Origin: Limnohabitans sp.
Lineage (GTDB): Bacteria; Pseudomonadota; Gammaproteobacteria; Burkholderiales; Burkholderiaceae_C
Length of the DNA: 53,743 bases
NCBI GenBank assembly: GCA_017986605.1
Contig: JAGNVG010000001.1
Span: 3,115 to 56,857 of the forward strand
Direction: 5' to 3'
In this document: piece after piece, positions 44,735-53,743 of the stretch
Position numbering within the stretch: the first letter of the stretch is position 1
Layout of the letters: the number at the start of each line of letters is the position of its first letter
The notes under the pieces: model-generated
Seen by the model: the letters and a program-made list of their open reading frames with translations, nothing else
What the model was told of the DNA's origin: nothing
Databases searched by the model: none
Position numbers and translations under genes: made by a program

Positions 44735-46852
44735 ATGACCACATTGACCCTGTCAGCGATCCGACAGAACTTCTCCCGCTTCGATTTGGCGGGTTTGGGT
44801 TTGCCCGCTTTGGTCTTGCTGATCATGGCGATGTTGGTGGTGCCACTGCCAGCTTTGTTGCTGGATATTCTTTTCACGTTCAACATCATGATTGGCTTGG
44901 TGGTCATCATGATTGCCATTGGTACACGCAAGCCTTTGGAGTTTTCATCCTTTCCCTCGGTTTTGCTGTTTGCGACCATGTTGCGCCTTGCATTGAACGT
45001 GGCCTCTACCCGTGTGGTGTTGGTCAAGGGGCACGAAGGTCCCGAAGCCGCGGGTAAAGTGATTGCCGCTTTCGGTGAGTTCGTCATCGGCGGCAACTAT
45101 GTCGTCGGTTTCATCATCTTCGTGATTTTGATGATCGTGAACTTTTTTGTGGTGACCAAAGGTGCGGGTCGCGTCTCTGAGGTCAATGCACGATTCACAC
45201 TGGACGCCATGCCTGGCAAGCAAATGTCCATTGATGCTGACTTGAATGCCGGCGTGATCGATCAGGAAACCGCCAAAAAACGCCGTGAAGAGTTGGCGCA
45301 GGAATCCGACTTCTTCGGCTCCATGGACGGTGCTTCCAAGTTCGTAAGTGGCGACGCCATGGCCGGTTTGTTGATTTTGATTATCAACATTGTGGGTGGC
45401 TTGGCCATTGGCATCGGTCAGCACAACTTGTCCGTCGGCGATGCGAGCCGTATTTATGTCTTGTTGACAATTGGTGACGGCCTGGTCGCTCAGATTCCTT
45501 CTTTGTTCTTGTCGCTGGCCACCGCCATCATCGTGACCCGGGTGACCACATCCGAGTCGATGACCGAGCAGGCGACAACCCAATTCTCGAACGTGCCGGC
45601 TTTGTTCATTTCGGCCGCCATTTTGACCGTTCTGGGCCTGGTGCCTGGCATGCCACATCTGGTCTTTTTGACATTGGCGGGAGCCACCGCTGGCATTGCC
45701 TTCATGGTCATGCGCAAACAAATGCAGCTGGAAGAAACCGCTGCCGCACCTGCTGCACCCACCTCCGATGCCCCCAAAGAGCTGGATTGGGACGATGTCG
45801 AGCAAGTTGATTTGATCGGTTTGGAAATTGGTTATGGCCTGATCCCCTTGGTCAACGTTGAATCGGGTGGTCAGTTGATGACACGCGTGAAAGGCGTGCG
45901 TAAAAAGCTGTCAGCTGAATTGGGCTTTTTGGTGCAGCCAGTGCGCATCCGTGACGCGCTCAATTTGGAGCCCGACGCTTATCACATTGTTTTGAATGGC
46001 GTGGTGCGTGGTCGTGGCGAAGTCAAGGTGGGGCGTGAGTTGGCGATCAACCCCGGCAAGGTTTACGGCAAAGTCGAGGGCCAGCCCACCAAGGAGCCTG
46101 CTTTCGGCCTCGAAGCTGTTTGGATCGAACCGGCTTGGCGCGATCAAGCCCGGGCTTTGGGTTACACCGTGGTGGACCCGAGCACAGCCATTGCGACCCA
46201 CATGAACAAGGTCTTGCGCGACAACTCCTCTGAGCTGATGAGCCACGACGAGGCACAAAAATTGTTGGACAAATTGGCCGCCAAATCCCCCAAGTTGGTG
46301 GAGGAGCTGGTGCCTGGCAAGTTGTCTTTGGGGGTGGTGACCCGGACCTTGCAAAACTTACTTCAAGAGTCTGTGCCCATCCGTGACATGCGCACTGTTG
46401 TCGAAGCCTTGACCGAAGTCTGCGGTCGCACGCAAGACCCGGATCAACTGACCCAACTGATCCGCCCCAAGCTGGGACGCATGATCGTCCAAAGCCTGAC
46501 TGAAAACCGCGACACCTTGTCGGTCTTGACCTTGGACCCACAGCTGGAGCAATTGCTGCACAACGTACTCCAGCAAAACACCAACTCAGCCGGTATGGTG
46601 CTGGAGCCCAGTTTGGCTGAAAGCCTGTTTACTGCCTTGCGTGAAAGCGCCCGCACCACGGAAGAGCAGGGCCTGCCTGCCGTGCTGGTGGTCTCGCCCG
46701 CGATCCGGCCTTGGATGTCGCGTGCCGTTCGCTACCGTGTGAATGACCTGACAGTGCTGTCCTACAGCGAAATACCCGATGACCAGGCTGTGAAGGTGAT
46801 CAACACCGTGCAAGCCGACCCACGCAACAACCCTTCTGTTAGCAAAGCCTGA
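44735..46852 (+). CDS. flhA: Export apparatus protein
   Basis: RFTLDAMPGKQMSIDADL and GSMDGASKF motifs. Confidence 0.98.
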   Translation: MTTLTLSAIRQNFSRFDLAGLGLPALVLLIMAMLVVPLPALLLDILFTFNIMIGLVVIMIAIGTRKPLEFSSFPSVLLFATMLRLALNVASTRVVLVKGHEGPEAAGKVIAAFGEFVIGGNYVVGFIIFVILMIVNFFVVTKGAGRVSEVNARFTLDAMPGKQMSIDADLNAGVIDQETAKKRREELAQESDFFGSMDGASKFVSGDAMAGLLILIINIVGGLAIGIGQHNLSVGDASRIYVLLTIGDGLVAQIPSLFLSLATAIIVTRVTTSESMTEQATTQFSNVPALFISAAILTVLGLVPGMPHLVFLTLAGATAGIAFMVMRKQMQLEETAAAPAAPTSDAPKELDWDDVEQVDLIGLEIGYGLIPLVNVESGGQLMTRVKGVRKKLSAELGFLVQPVRIRDALNLEPDAYHIVLNGVVRGRGEVKVGRELAINPGKVYGKVEGQPTKEPAFGLEAVWIEPAWRDQARALGYTVVDPSTAIATHMNKVLRDNSSELMSHDEAQKLLDKLAAKSPKLVEELVPGKLSLGVVTRTLQNLLQESVPIRDMRTVVEALTEVCGRTQDPDQLTQLIRPKLGRMIVQSLTENRDTLSVLTLDPQLEQLLHNVLQQNTNSAGMVLEPSLAESLFTALRESARTTEEQGLPAVLVVSPAIRPWMSRAVRYRVNDLTVLSYSEIPDDQAVKVINTVQADPRNNPSVSKA

Positions 46853-46858
46853 TAAATC

Positions 46859-48331
46859 ATGGAACTCAAACGCATCATTGCCCGCGACAGCCGATCCGCG
46901 AATGAAAAAGCCATCCAGTTGTATGGCCCCGATGTCCTGATCATTTCGAGCCAGAGGGTGGATCAGCAAACTGAATTGATCGTGGCTGTCGATGTCGGCA
47001 GCGAAGCAGGGCCGTCTGATGTGATGGTGCATCAAGCTCAGCCCGTTGCGAATGCCGACAAGGGTTCTGAAGATTTGTCCTTCAAGGCTGACAAAGACCA
47101 GTCCCTGCCGTTTGCAGAAGTGTTTCAGAACGCCAATGTGCAGGCGGCTGTGGTGCGCGAGCAAGAGGACGTGAGCAGCGAGAATTTTCAGACTGCCCAA
47201 GCCGGCTTGCTGGCGCGTGGCGTGGTCGCTGAGCTGGCAGTCCAGAGTCATGGCACAGCGTCAGAGAGTGCTTTTGTTCAGGCGGCCCAAATGGCCCAGT
47301 ATGAGCAACAGCGTAGCCAGGAAATCGTCGCCATGTTGCGCGAAGAGATGTCGGCTTTGCGCAGGGAGTTTGCGCTGTCTCGTCAGATGCAGCCTTGGCA
47401 ACAAACATTGGGCTTGTCGCCCGATATTCAGAAATTGACCATGGCGATGCAAGAAGTGGGCATGCCTGTGGCCCTGCGCAGTTTGCTGACCGACAGCATT
47501 CAAGGGCTTCAGACCTTGGGCGAGGCTTGGCCCGTGGTGCAAAGCTTGTTGGCCGATGCCATCAGCCGCCCAGCGGTGAAGATTCCCGACGCAGGTATGC
47601 ACGCTTTGTGCGGTCCTTCAGGCGCCGGAAAAACCTCCATGTTGGGACGTTTGGCGCTGGCTGCAGCCCAAACACACGGAGCGGAAAAGCAGGTCATGAT
47701 CAGCTACGGCGATCAGCGCCCAGGGGCTTGGTCACAATTGCAGTTGCTGGCTTCGCAAGCGGGGGCATCCTGTTTCAGGGCCACTGATTTGGGCATGCTG
47801 CAGACCTTGCTGGATGATTTGCATGGCAAGACCGTTTGGATTGACACGCCTGGAACCGACTTTTCGGCCCATGCCCAACAGCTCATGCAATCCTTTTCAG
47901 GCTTGGGCATTCACGCCGTGCTGCCCGTTGATGCTACAGTGACCAGTGTGCAAAAAACCCTCCAAAATTCAGATATCCGCTGGGCATCCCTGATGTTGAC
48001 CAAAGTGGATGAAGCAGCCTACCCATGGCCCTTGATCAAAGGGCTGTGTGACCAGCCTTTGAGCGTTTCGTGCATGGCTGAAGACAGCCGGATCCATGTG
48101 GCCCCTCTGGCTTTCGGAGTTGAGCGTTTGGTCGGTCTGGCCATGACGCCTTTGCAGGCATTGTTGCCTGAAATTGAGCATCTCCCGGTCGCAACGAAGC
48201 CCGCTAAAGCGGTGCGCAAACCCCGAGTCAAAAAAGTGGTCGATATGGCCTTTGAAGTTCAACCCAAACCCCGTGCCGTTAAACCACGGGCTGTGACGGC
48301 CAAGTCGTCTGCCAAGGCCGCCCATGGATAA
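46859..48331 (+). CDS. flhF: SRP-family GTPase FlhF (divergent)
   Basis: [12 protein letters not shown] and TKVDE; lies between flhA and flhG. Confidence 0.88.
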   Translation: MELKRIIARDSRSANEKAIQLYGPDVLIISSQRVDQQTELIVAVDVGSEAGPSDVMVHQAQPVANADKGSEDLSFKADKDQSLPFAEVFQNANVQAAVVREQEDVSSENFQTAQAGLLARGVVAELAVQSHGTASESAFVQAAQMAQYEQQRSQEIVAMLREEMSALRREFALSRQMQPWQQTLGLSPDIQKLTMAMQEVGMPVALRSLLTDSIQGLQTLGEAWPVVQSLLADAISRPAVKIPDAGMHALCGPSGAGKTSMLGRLALAAAQTHGAEKQVMISYGDQRPGAWSQLQLLASQAGASCFRATDLGMLQTLLDDLHGKTVWIDTPGTDFSAHAQQLMQSFSGLGIHAVLPVDATVTSVQKTLQNSDIRWASLMLTKVDEAAYPWPLIKGLCDQPLSVSCMAEDSRIHVAPLAFGVERLVGLAMTPLQALLPEIEHLPVATKPAKAVRKPRVKKVVDMAFEVQPKPRAVKPRAVTAKSSAKAAHG

Positions 48332-49148
48332 GAAAAGTTTCCCTCAGGTCATTGGCGTGGCCAGCGGCAAAGGTGGCGCAGGCAAAACGACTGTGTCCAT
48401 CAATTTGGCGGTGGCTTTGGCCATGCGTGGCCACAAAGTGATGTTGCTGGATGCTGACTTGGGTATGGCCAATGCGCAAATCGCGCTGGGGGCACATGCC
48501 CCGTACAACATCAGCCATGTGCTCAATGGCAGCAAAACTCTGCAAGAAGTTTTGATCACCACAGCGCAAGGGGTGCGTTTGGTGCCAGGCGCATCTGGCT
48601 TGCGTGACATCGCAGCGCTGGACTCGACACAGATTGCCACCATGATCCACGCGTTTGACACCCTAGACGAACCTGTGGATTACTTGGTGGTGGATGTGGC
48701 AGCCGGCATCGCCCCTGCTGTGCTGGCGTTCATGGCCGCTTGCCAGCGACGTTTCGTGGTGGTGTGCGATCAGCCCTCATCGATTGCCGACGCCTATGGC
48801 CTGATCAAGGTCATGTCGACCGAACAGTCGCTGGACGAGATTTATTTGATCCCGAATATGGTGGGCAGCGCCCATGAAGGCCGGCAGCTTTACCGTCGTC
48901 TGAACGATGTCTGCACCCGGTTTCTGGGCGTCTCCATCCGTTACTTACATGCCATCGAGGGCGATGAGTTGGTTCTGCAAGCCTTGCGAAAGTACCAGTC
49001 AGTTCTGGATTACGCTCCGGGCAGTGCCGCTGCCCGTGATTTCAGAGGTCTGGCAGAGGCGGTGATTCAATTGCCGCCGGTCCAGTCGGCCTCTGGTCGC
49101 ATGCAGTTTTTCATGGAGCGCATGCTTCGCGTTCCGGTAGGCGGGTAA
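48324..49148 (+). CDS. flhG: MinD-like ATPase FlhG/FleN
   Basis: [17 protein letters not shown] and [10 protein letters not shown] motifs. Confidence 0.93.
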   Translation: MDKKSFPQVIGVASGKGGAGKTTVSINLAVALAMRGHKVMLLDADLGMANAQIALGAHAPYNISHVLNGSKTLQEVLITTAQGVRLVPGASGLRDIAALDSTQIATMIHAFDTLDEPVDYLVVDVAAGIAPAVLAFMAACQRRFVVVCDQPSSIADAYGLIKVMSTEQSLDEIYLIPNMVGSAHEGRQLYRRLNDVCTRFLGVSIRYLHAIEGDELVLQALRKYQSVLDYAPGSAAARDFRGLAEAVIQLPPVQSASGRMQFFMERMLRVPVGG

Positions 49149-49152
49149 GTGC

Positions 49153-49863
49153 ATGAGCAGCAATGTTTCCTTGTACGAAGAAGTCGGTAACCGACACGAA
49201 TCGTTGATCCTGACGCACATGCCCATGGTCAAACGTGTGGCGGTGCACCTGAAAGCGCGACTTCCGCCTTTCATGGAGCTGGACGAATTGGTTCAGGTGG
49301 GCATGGTCGGCTTGATCGAAGCCGCACGGTCCTTTGACCCTACCAAAGGGTTTGAGTTTGAGCATTTCGCACTCAGTCGGGTGCGCGGCGCCATCTTGGA
49401 CGAAGTCCGCAGGCAGTCTTTCTTGCCTCGCTCAGCAGTCGCATTCAACAAAAACGAGAACGAAGCGGTGCACGTGTTGGCCGCAGAGTTGGGTCGTGCA
49501 CCGACCCAGGTCGAGTTGGCCCAGTTCATGGGCAAGGAAATCGAAGAGTTCCACAAAGAGCGGGGGCAGGCCAAACGCTTTGAAACCTTTTCGATGGAGG
49601 TCGTCAATGACGAGGTCATGAGCATGCCTGGTGACAGTGCGATGCAGCCCGAAGTCATGGTGGAGGAAGCGGAGTTCATGGAGGCCGTGGTGCAAGCCAT
49701 CGACCAATTACCCGAGCGCGAACGCATGGTCATGTCTCTTTATTACGTTGAAGAGCTCAATCTCAAGGAGATTGGCGAGGTTTTGGGTGTCAGTGAATCC
49801 AGGGTGAGTCAAATTCTTTCTGCAGTGGTGAAGAAATTGCGGCAAAATCTGCAAATGTCTTGA
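49153..49863 (+). CDS. fliA: RNA polymerase sigma28
   Basis: RVRGAILDEVR and LNLKEIGEVLGVSESRVSQ motifs. Confidence 0.96.
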   Translation: MSSNVSLYEEVGNRHESLILTHMPMVKRVAVHLKARLPPFMELDELVQVGMVGLIEAARSFDPTKGFEFEHFALSRVRGAILDEVRRQSFLPRSAVAFNKNENEAVHVLAAELGRAPTQVELAQFMGKEIEEFHKERGQAKRFETFSMEVVNDEVMSMPGDSAMQPEVMVEEAEFMEAVVQAIDQLPERERMVMSLYYVEELNLKEIGEVLGVSESRVSQILSAVVKKLRQNLQMS

Positions 49864-49881
49864 ATTCGACAAAATCACCTG

Positions 49882-50442
49882 ATGCTCAATATTTTTTACC
49901 GGAACAGCCCTGTAGATGACATGCGACGAGCTGTCGCAGCCTATGAGAAAGTGACGTCTCTCGATTCCGATTCGCGCGACGCGCGCAGCTTTCGTATGCG
50001 CATGGGCATGATTTGCCGAGCCCATCTGGACAAGACGTTTGTGGCGGGAGCAGAACAAACAGCGGCATGGCAGGAGTTGGTCCGTATGGCGCTCGTGGCC
50101 AGCAAACCGGTGCCGGAAGCCCCGACGGCCTCTAAATTTCAAAAAATTCGGGCCGGCGAATCTGACATTTACGCTTATTTACCAGAAGAGTACGTGACCG
50201 AGGCCTTTGCATTAGGCGCACGCTACCAAAAAACGGATTTGTCAGCAGCCAAAGCCATTGAGGCCATGCAGGCCTTGGCCAACCAGATCAGTTATTACGA
50301 ACTGCGCCTGGAGGAACCCTTTCAGGTGCTGGGTTTTCTGCGCGATGAACTCGCAGCTGAAGAGGCGGCTTTACAAGCGGCGGCCGACCAATTGGCCCAG
50401 AATACTGAGGGTTCTATGCCTGTGAGTTCTTCAGCCCTTTGA
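49882..50442 (+). CDS. Hypothetical cytoplasmic protein
   Basis: 18 bp after fliA; 186-aa ORF overlapping the next gene. Confidence 0.75.
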   Translation: MLNIFYRNSPVDDMRRAVAAYEKVTSLDSDSRDARSFRMRMGMICRAHLDKTFVAGAEQTAAWQELVRMALVASKPVPEAPTASKFQKIRAGESDIYAYLPEEYVTEAFALGARYQKTDLSAAKAIEAMQALANQISYYELRLEEPFQVLGFLRDELAAEEAALQAAADQLAQNTEGSMPVSSSAL

Positions 50443-51083
50443 TGACCATGGAAGCTTTGGTCAATGCCCTGATTGCCATCGGTTTGTTGGTGATTTTGAT
50501 CCTGGTCATCTATCTGATTGACCGGGTCAATGCGATCGAAAAAGAAACCCGAAAAGTGATGACGTCCATCAATGAAAAGTCGGTAATTGCAGCGACACCA
50601 TTCATGGGCTTGTCCTCCAAAAAGCTGTGGGATGCAATGACCGGGCGGGCTGCGGAGGGGATGGATGCAGAGGCCATGGCCGATTTGCGCAGCCAATACC
50701 CCGTGGTCTTGTCCAAGCACATGGAGGCGCTCTACAAGGAGGGCTTCAAGGATGGCCAGAGGGGGTTGTCTGGGGAACCCAAGAACACCAAGCAAATTTC
50801 AACATCCAAGGGGATGGTGGAGTCTTGGATTCCGTCAGCACAGGCCAACGCCTTGTACCAATGTGGCTTGAATGCATCACAAACTCCAGAGTCGGAGTGG
50901 GGGCCTATTCGCGCCTCGATGGATGAAGCTGGACAATTTTTATTGAGCAAAACCCAGCAGGACGCCAGCAGTCCTTTATCGGATTGGTTGATGCCTCAGA
51001 GTGGCTTGAATGGCGTCATAACCGCTGCGTCTGGAGATCATCCTGTAGCCCCCCAGCCTCCCTTGGGTGACACGGTTGCTTGA
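50439..51083 (+). CDS. Hypothetical protein with an N-terminal TM anchor
   Basis: ALIAIGLLVILILVIYLI followed by a soluble domain. Confidence 0.8.
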   Translation: MMTMEALVNALIAIGLLVILILVIYLIDRVNAIEKETRKVMTSINEKSVIAATPFMGLSSKKLWDAMTGRAAEGMDAEAMADLRSQYPVVLSKHMEALYKEGFKDGQRGLSGEPKNTKQISTSKGMVESWIPSAQANALYQCGLNASQTPESEWGPIRASMDEAGQFLLSKTQQDASSPLSDWLMPQSGLNGVITAASGDHPVAPQPPLGDTVA

Positions 51084-51134
51084 TCAACCGGCCCGATGGG
51101 CTGAAAGAAAGTGTCCTGATCGACTCGATCGGAC

Positions 51135-51161
51135 TCAAGTTTCCCGCACTACCGCCGATTC
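51135..51161 (+). promoter_or_regulatory. sigma28 promoter of fliS
   Basis: TCAAG-N14-GCCGATTC. Confidence 0.85.
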
Positions 51162-51194
51162 CTCTGTTACTGAAGTAGTAAAGGGGTTTTTTCC

Positions 51195-51617
51195 ATGCGT
51201 GCATATTCCAAGTTTGCTGAAAGTTACGGTTCTGTTCAAGTTGTGACTGGCGTAGCTACGGCTGACAACATCCAATTGATTCAGATGTTGTTTGATGGTT
51301 TGCTGGAGAGTCTGGCCACTGCATCTGGTCATATTCAGAACAACGTCATTGAGGAAAAATCCAAAGCCTTGGCCCGTGCAGGTCGTATCGTGGTGGGTTT
51401 GCAAGGTGCGCTCGATTTCGAGCGTGGTGGTGAATTGGCTCAAAATCTCAACGAGTTGTATGCCTACATCACTCGCCGACTCTTTCATGTCAATGCACAC
51501 AATGATTTGACCGCGCTTGAAGAAGTCAAAACCCTGATCAAGGACATCTCGCAAGCTTGGCAGGCATTGCCTGGCTTGTTGGCAGACTCCAGCCGCAGGA
51601 CGCATTACGCCAATTGA
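51195..51617 (+). CDS. fliS: Flagellin chaperone
   Basis: LIQMLFDG and LDFERGGELAQNLNELY motifs. Confidence 0.95.
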   Translation: MRAYSKFAESYGSVQVVTGVATADNIQLIQMLFDGLLESLATASGHIQNNVIEEKSKALARAGRIVVGLQGALDFERGGELAQNLNELYAYITRRLFHVNAHNDLTALEEVKTLIKDISQAWQALPGLLADSSRRTHYAN

Positions 51618-51642
51618 TTGACTTGACTCGGGTGAGGCCGAT

Positions 51643-51719
51643 TGGTCTGCCCGACAGGGATCGAACCTGTGACCCACAGCTTAGAAGGCTGTTGCTCTAT
51701 CCAACTGAGCTACGGGCAG
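51643..51719 (-). tRNA. tRNA-Arg (anticodon TCT)
   Basis: CTGCCCGTAGCTCAG...ACAGC-CTTCTAA-GCTGT...GGTTCGATCCC...GGGCAGACCA, 77 nt. Confidence 0.97.
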
Positions 51720-51741
51720 AAGTGGCAAGATCTTCAGAAAC

Positions 51742-51766
51742 ACAAAAGGCCCTCGCGGGCCTTTGT
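51742..51766. terminator. Hairpin between the tRNA genes
   Basis: AAAAGGCCC-tcgc-GGGCCTTT. Confidence 0.5.
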
Positions 51767-51823
51767 TGTTTGTGCGTCTGTCACCAGACTCTGGAAATTT
51801 TCTGAAAAACTAACATCAGAAAA

Positions 51824-51900
51824 TGGTCGGAGCGGCGGGATTCGAACTCGCGACCCTCTGCTCCCAAAGCAGATGCGCTACCAGGCTGCGCTACGCTCCG
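51824..51900 (-). tRNA. tRNA-Pro (anticodon TGG)
   Basis: CGGAGCGTAGCGCAG...TCTGC-TTTGGGA-GCAGA...GTTCGAATC...CTCCGACCA, 77 nt. Confidence 0.97.
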
Positions 51901-51966
51901 ACAAGCCGTATTCTAACCCTCAAATTGGCAGTTCTTGGGCTGAAGTGCAAAAAAGTCCGCAGCGGT

Positions 51967-52659
51967 TCAGCGCTTTTTGTATTGGCTGTCATCGAACAGG
52001 GCTTGTCGTGCTTTGTCGTCCAGCAGAGGCTTGCGCGCATCGGCCAGCACCTGCACCGCTTTTTGCACTGCTTTGCGCTCGCTGATGCGGTCAAACCAGG
52101 CCTTGAGGTGCGGGTAGTCGGCCCAGTCGATGCCTTGGTTTTGCCAGCTGCGCAGCCAGGGAAAGATCGCCATGTCGGCGATCGAATAGGTTTTACCTGC
52201 GATCCAAGGCTGGCTTTGCAGTTGCTTGTCCATCACGCCATACAGGCGCTTGGCCTCGTTGGTGTAACGGTTGATGCCGTACTCGATCTTTTCAGGCGCA
52301 TAGATGCGAAAGTGGTGCGCCTGGCCCAGCATGGGGCCCACACCGCTCATCTGGAACATCAGCCACTGCAGCACCTCGTATTTGGCGCGATCGCTCTTAG
52401 GCATGAACTTGCCTTCTTTGGCCGCCAGGTAAATCAGCATTGCACCCGACTCGAAGATCGAGATCGGGTTGCCATCCGGCCCGTCCGAATCGACCAAGGC
52501 GGGGATTTTGTTGTTGGGGCTGATCTTCAGGAATTCGGACTGAAACTGGTCACCGGTGCCGATATTGACGGCATGCACCCGGTAGGGCAGTTTGCATTCC
52601 TCCAGCATGATGTGGATTTTGTGACCATTGGGGGTGGGCCAAGTGTAGAGATCGATCAT
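51967..52659 (-). CDS. Glutathione S-transferase (YfcG/YghU-like)
   Basis: MIDLYTWPTPNGHK, ISPNNKIPA and FESGA motifs. Confidence 0.93.
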   Translation of the reverse strand: MIDLYTWPTPNGHKIHIMLEECKLPYRVHAVNIGTGDQFQSEFLKISPNNKIPALVDSDGPDGNPISIFESGAMLIYLAAKEGKFMPKSDRAKYEVLQWLMFQMSGVGPMLGQAHHFRIYAPEKIEYGINRYTNEAKRLYGVMDKQLQSQPWIAGKTYSIADMAIFPWLRSWQNQGIDWADYPHLKAWFDRISERKAVQKAVQVLADARKPLLDDKARQALFDDSQYKKR

Positions 52660-52702
52660 GGGTGCACGCCTTTCAGTGTCAATTGAAAGAAACAAGGAGC
52701 GC

Positions 52703-52745
52703 AAAAAAACGGCCTGCCACAGATGTGTGGTGCAGGCCGTTTTGC
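52703..52745 (-). terminator. Intrinsic terminator after the acyl-CoA dehydrogenase
   Basis: AAAACGGCCTGC...GCAGGCCGTTTT stem with a T-run on the minus strand. Confidence 0.7.
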
Positions 52746-52753
52746 GGTGAGCT

Positions 52754-52780
52754 TCAGCTATCAGCTATCAGCTATCAGCT
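52754..52780. repeat. Heptamer tandem repeat (TCAGCTA) x ~4
   Basis: tcagcta tcagcta tcagcta tcagct, overlapping the stop codon. Confidence 0.85.
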
Positions 52781-53743
52781 GCCGCGGGTGATGGGCATGT
52801 CCACTTCACCGGGCATCGCTAGGTGTTTGGCCAGCTCCAGCTTGGCCAGCGAGTTGCGGTGCACCTCGTCCGGACCGTCGGCCAAGCGCAGCGTGCGCTG
52901 ATGGGCGTAGGCATAGGCCAGTGGGAAGTCTTGTGACACGCCGCCACCGCCGTGGGCCTGGATGGCCCAATCGATGATCTGGCAGGCCATCTGTGGGGCC
53001 ACGATCTTGATCATGGCGATCTCGGCCTTGGCGACTTTGTTGCCCACGGTGTCCATCATGTGTGCGGCTTTGAGCGTCAGCAGGCGGGCCTGCTCGATCA
53101 TGCAACGCGACTCGGCGATGCGCTCTTGCCACACGGTCTGGCGTGCCACTTCGCGGCCAAAGGCCACGCGGCTGTTGAGGCGTTTGCACATGAGTTCAAG
53201 GGCACGCTCGGCGCAGCCAATGGTGCGCATGCAGTGGTGAATGCGGCCAGGGCCAAGGCGACCTTGGGCGATTTCAAAGCCGCGGCCTTCGCCCAGCAGC
53301 AAGTTGCTGGCAGGCACGCGCACGTTTTTGAGGACCACTTCCATGTGGCCGTGTGGGGCGTCGTCGTAGCCAAACACCGACAGGGCGCGCACCACGGTGA
53401 CGCCAGGGGTGTTGGCAGGCACCACGATCATGGACTGCTGCTCATGGCGGCCCGCATCGGGGTTGGTTTTTCCCATGACGATGTACACCGCGCAGCGTGG
53501 GTCACCTGCGCCGGACGACCACCACTTGCGGCCATTGATCACGTAGTCGTCGCCATCGCGGCGGATTTCGCATTCGATGTTGGTGGCATCCGACGAGGCC
53601 ACATCGGGCTCGGTCATCAGGAAGGCCGAGCGGATCTCGCCGCGCAGCAAAGGCTCCAGCCATTCGTCCTTGAGTTCTTCGCTGGCGTAGCGCTCCAGCG
53701 TTTCCATGTTGCCTGTGTCGGGTGCTGAGCAGTTGAAGATTTC
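52775..53743 (-). CDS. Acyl-CoA dehydrogenase (5'-truncated by the window edge)
   Basis: [36 protein letters not shown] and [11 protein letters not shown] motifs. Confidence 0.95.
   Translation of the reverse strand, partial: EIFNCSAPDTGNMETLERYASEELKDEWLEPLLRGEIRSAFLMTEPDVASSDATNIECEIRRDGDDYVINGRKWWSSGAGDPRCAVYIVMGKTNPDAGRHEQQSMIVVPANTPGVTVVRALSVFGYDDAPHGHMEVVLKNVRVPASNLLLGEGRGFEIAQGRLGPGRIHHCMRTIGCAERALELMCKRLNSRVAFGREVARQTVWQERIAESRCMIEQARLLTLKAAHMMDTVGNKVAKAEIAMIKIVAPQMACQIIDWAIQAHGGGGVSQDFPLAYAYAHQRTLRLADGPDEVHRNSLAKLELAKHLAMPGEVDMPITRGS

Noticed and set aside
51084-51642. Integrase or IS at the tRNA boundary
   Set aside because: No recombinase or transposase ORF and no terminal inverted repeats seen, so no mobile element is called.
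51642-52686. Plus-strand ORFs of 147 and 287 aa
   Set aside because: Antisense to the tRNAs and the GST.

Overview
A ~50-kb flagellar gene island runs from the left edge to fliS (51617) and ends 25 bp from the 3' CCA end of tRNA-Arg(TCT). tRNA-Pro(TGG), a GST and an acyl-CoA dehydrogenase follow; they look like Comamonadaceae/Burkholderiales core genes (inference). The island is a polar, FleQ/sigma54/sigma28-type system with no flhDC in the window: FlhF/FlhG, FlgP/FlgT H-ring candidates, rod-binding-only FlgJ with a separate LysM-lytic transglycosylase, and enlarged FlgE and FlgK. fliEFGHIJ, rpoN and che genes are absent from the window. Promoters can be read directly: seven T(C/A)AAG-N14-(G/A/T)CCGA sigma28-type boxes and six GG-N10-GC sigma54-type boxes. 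The most striking element is missing from the ORF track because it runs off the left edge. It is a minus-strand gene starting at 1532 encoding >510 aa of L-[TS]-[TS]-x-Q-[IVL]-x-x octapeptide repeats with a ~192-aa super-repeat and no signal peptide. It has a flagellin-class sigma28 promoter and is divergent from a SPINDLY/OGT-type glycosyltransferase, a methyltransferase and fliB. Several uncharacterised membrane or periplasmic genes are embedded in the motAB, flhB, flgP/T and fliA operons and are candidate new motor or polar-localisation components. All calls come from reading the sequence and recalling family motifs; no database search was run.
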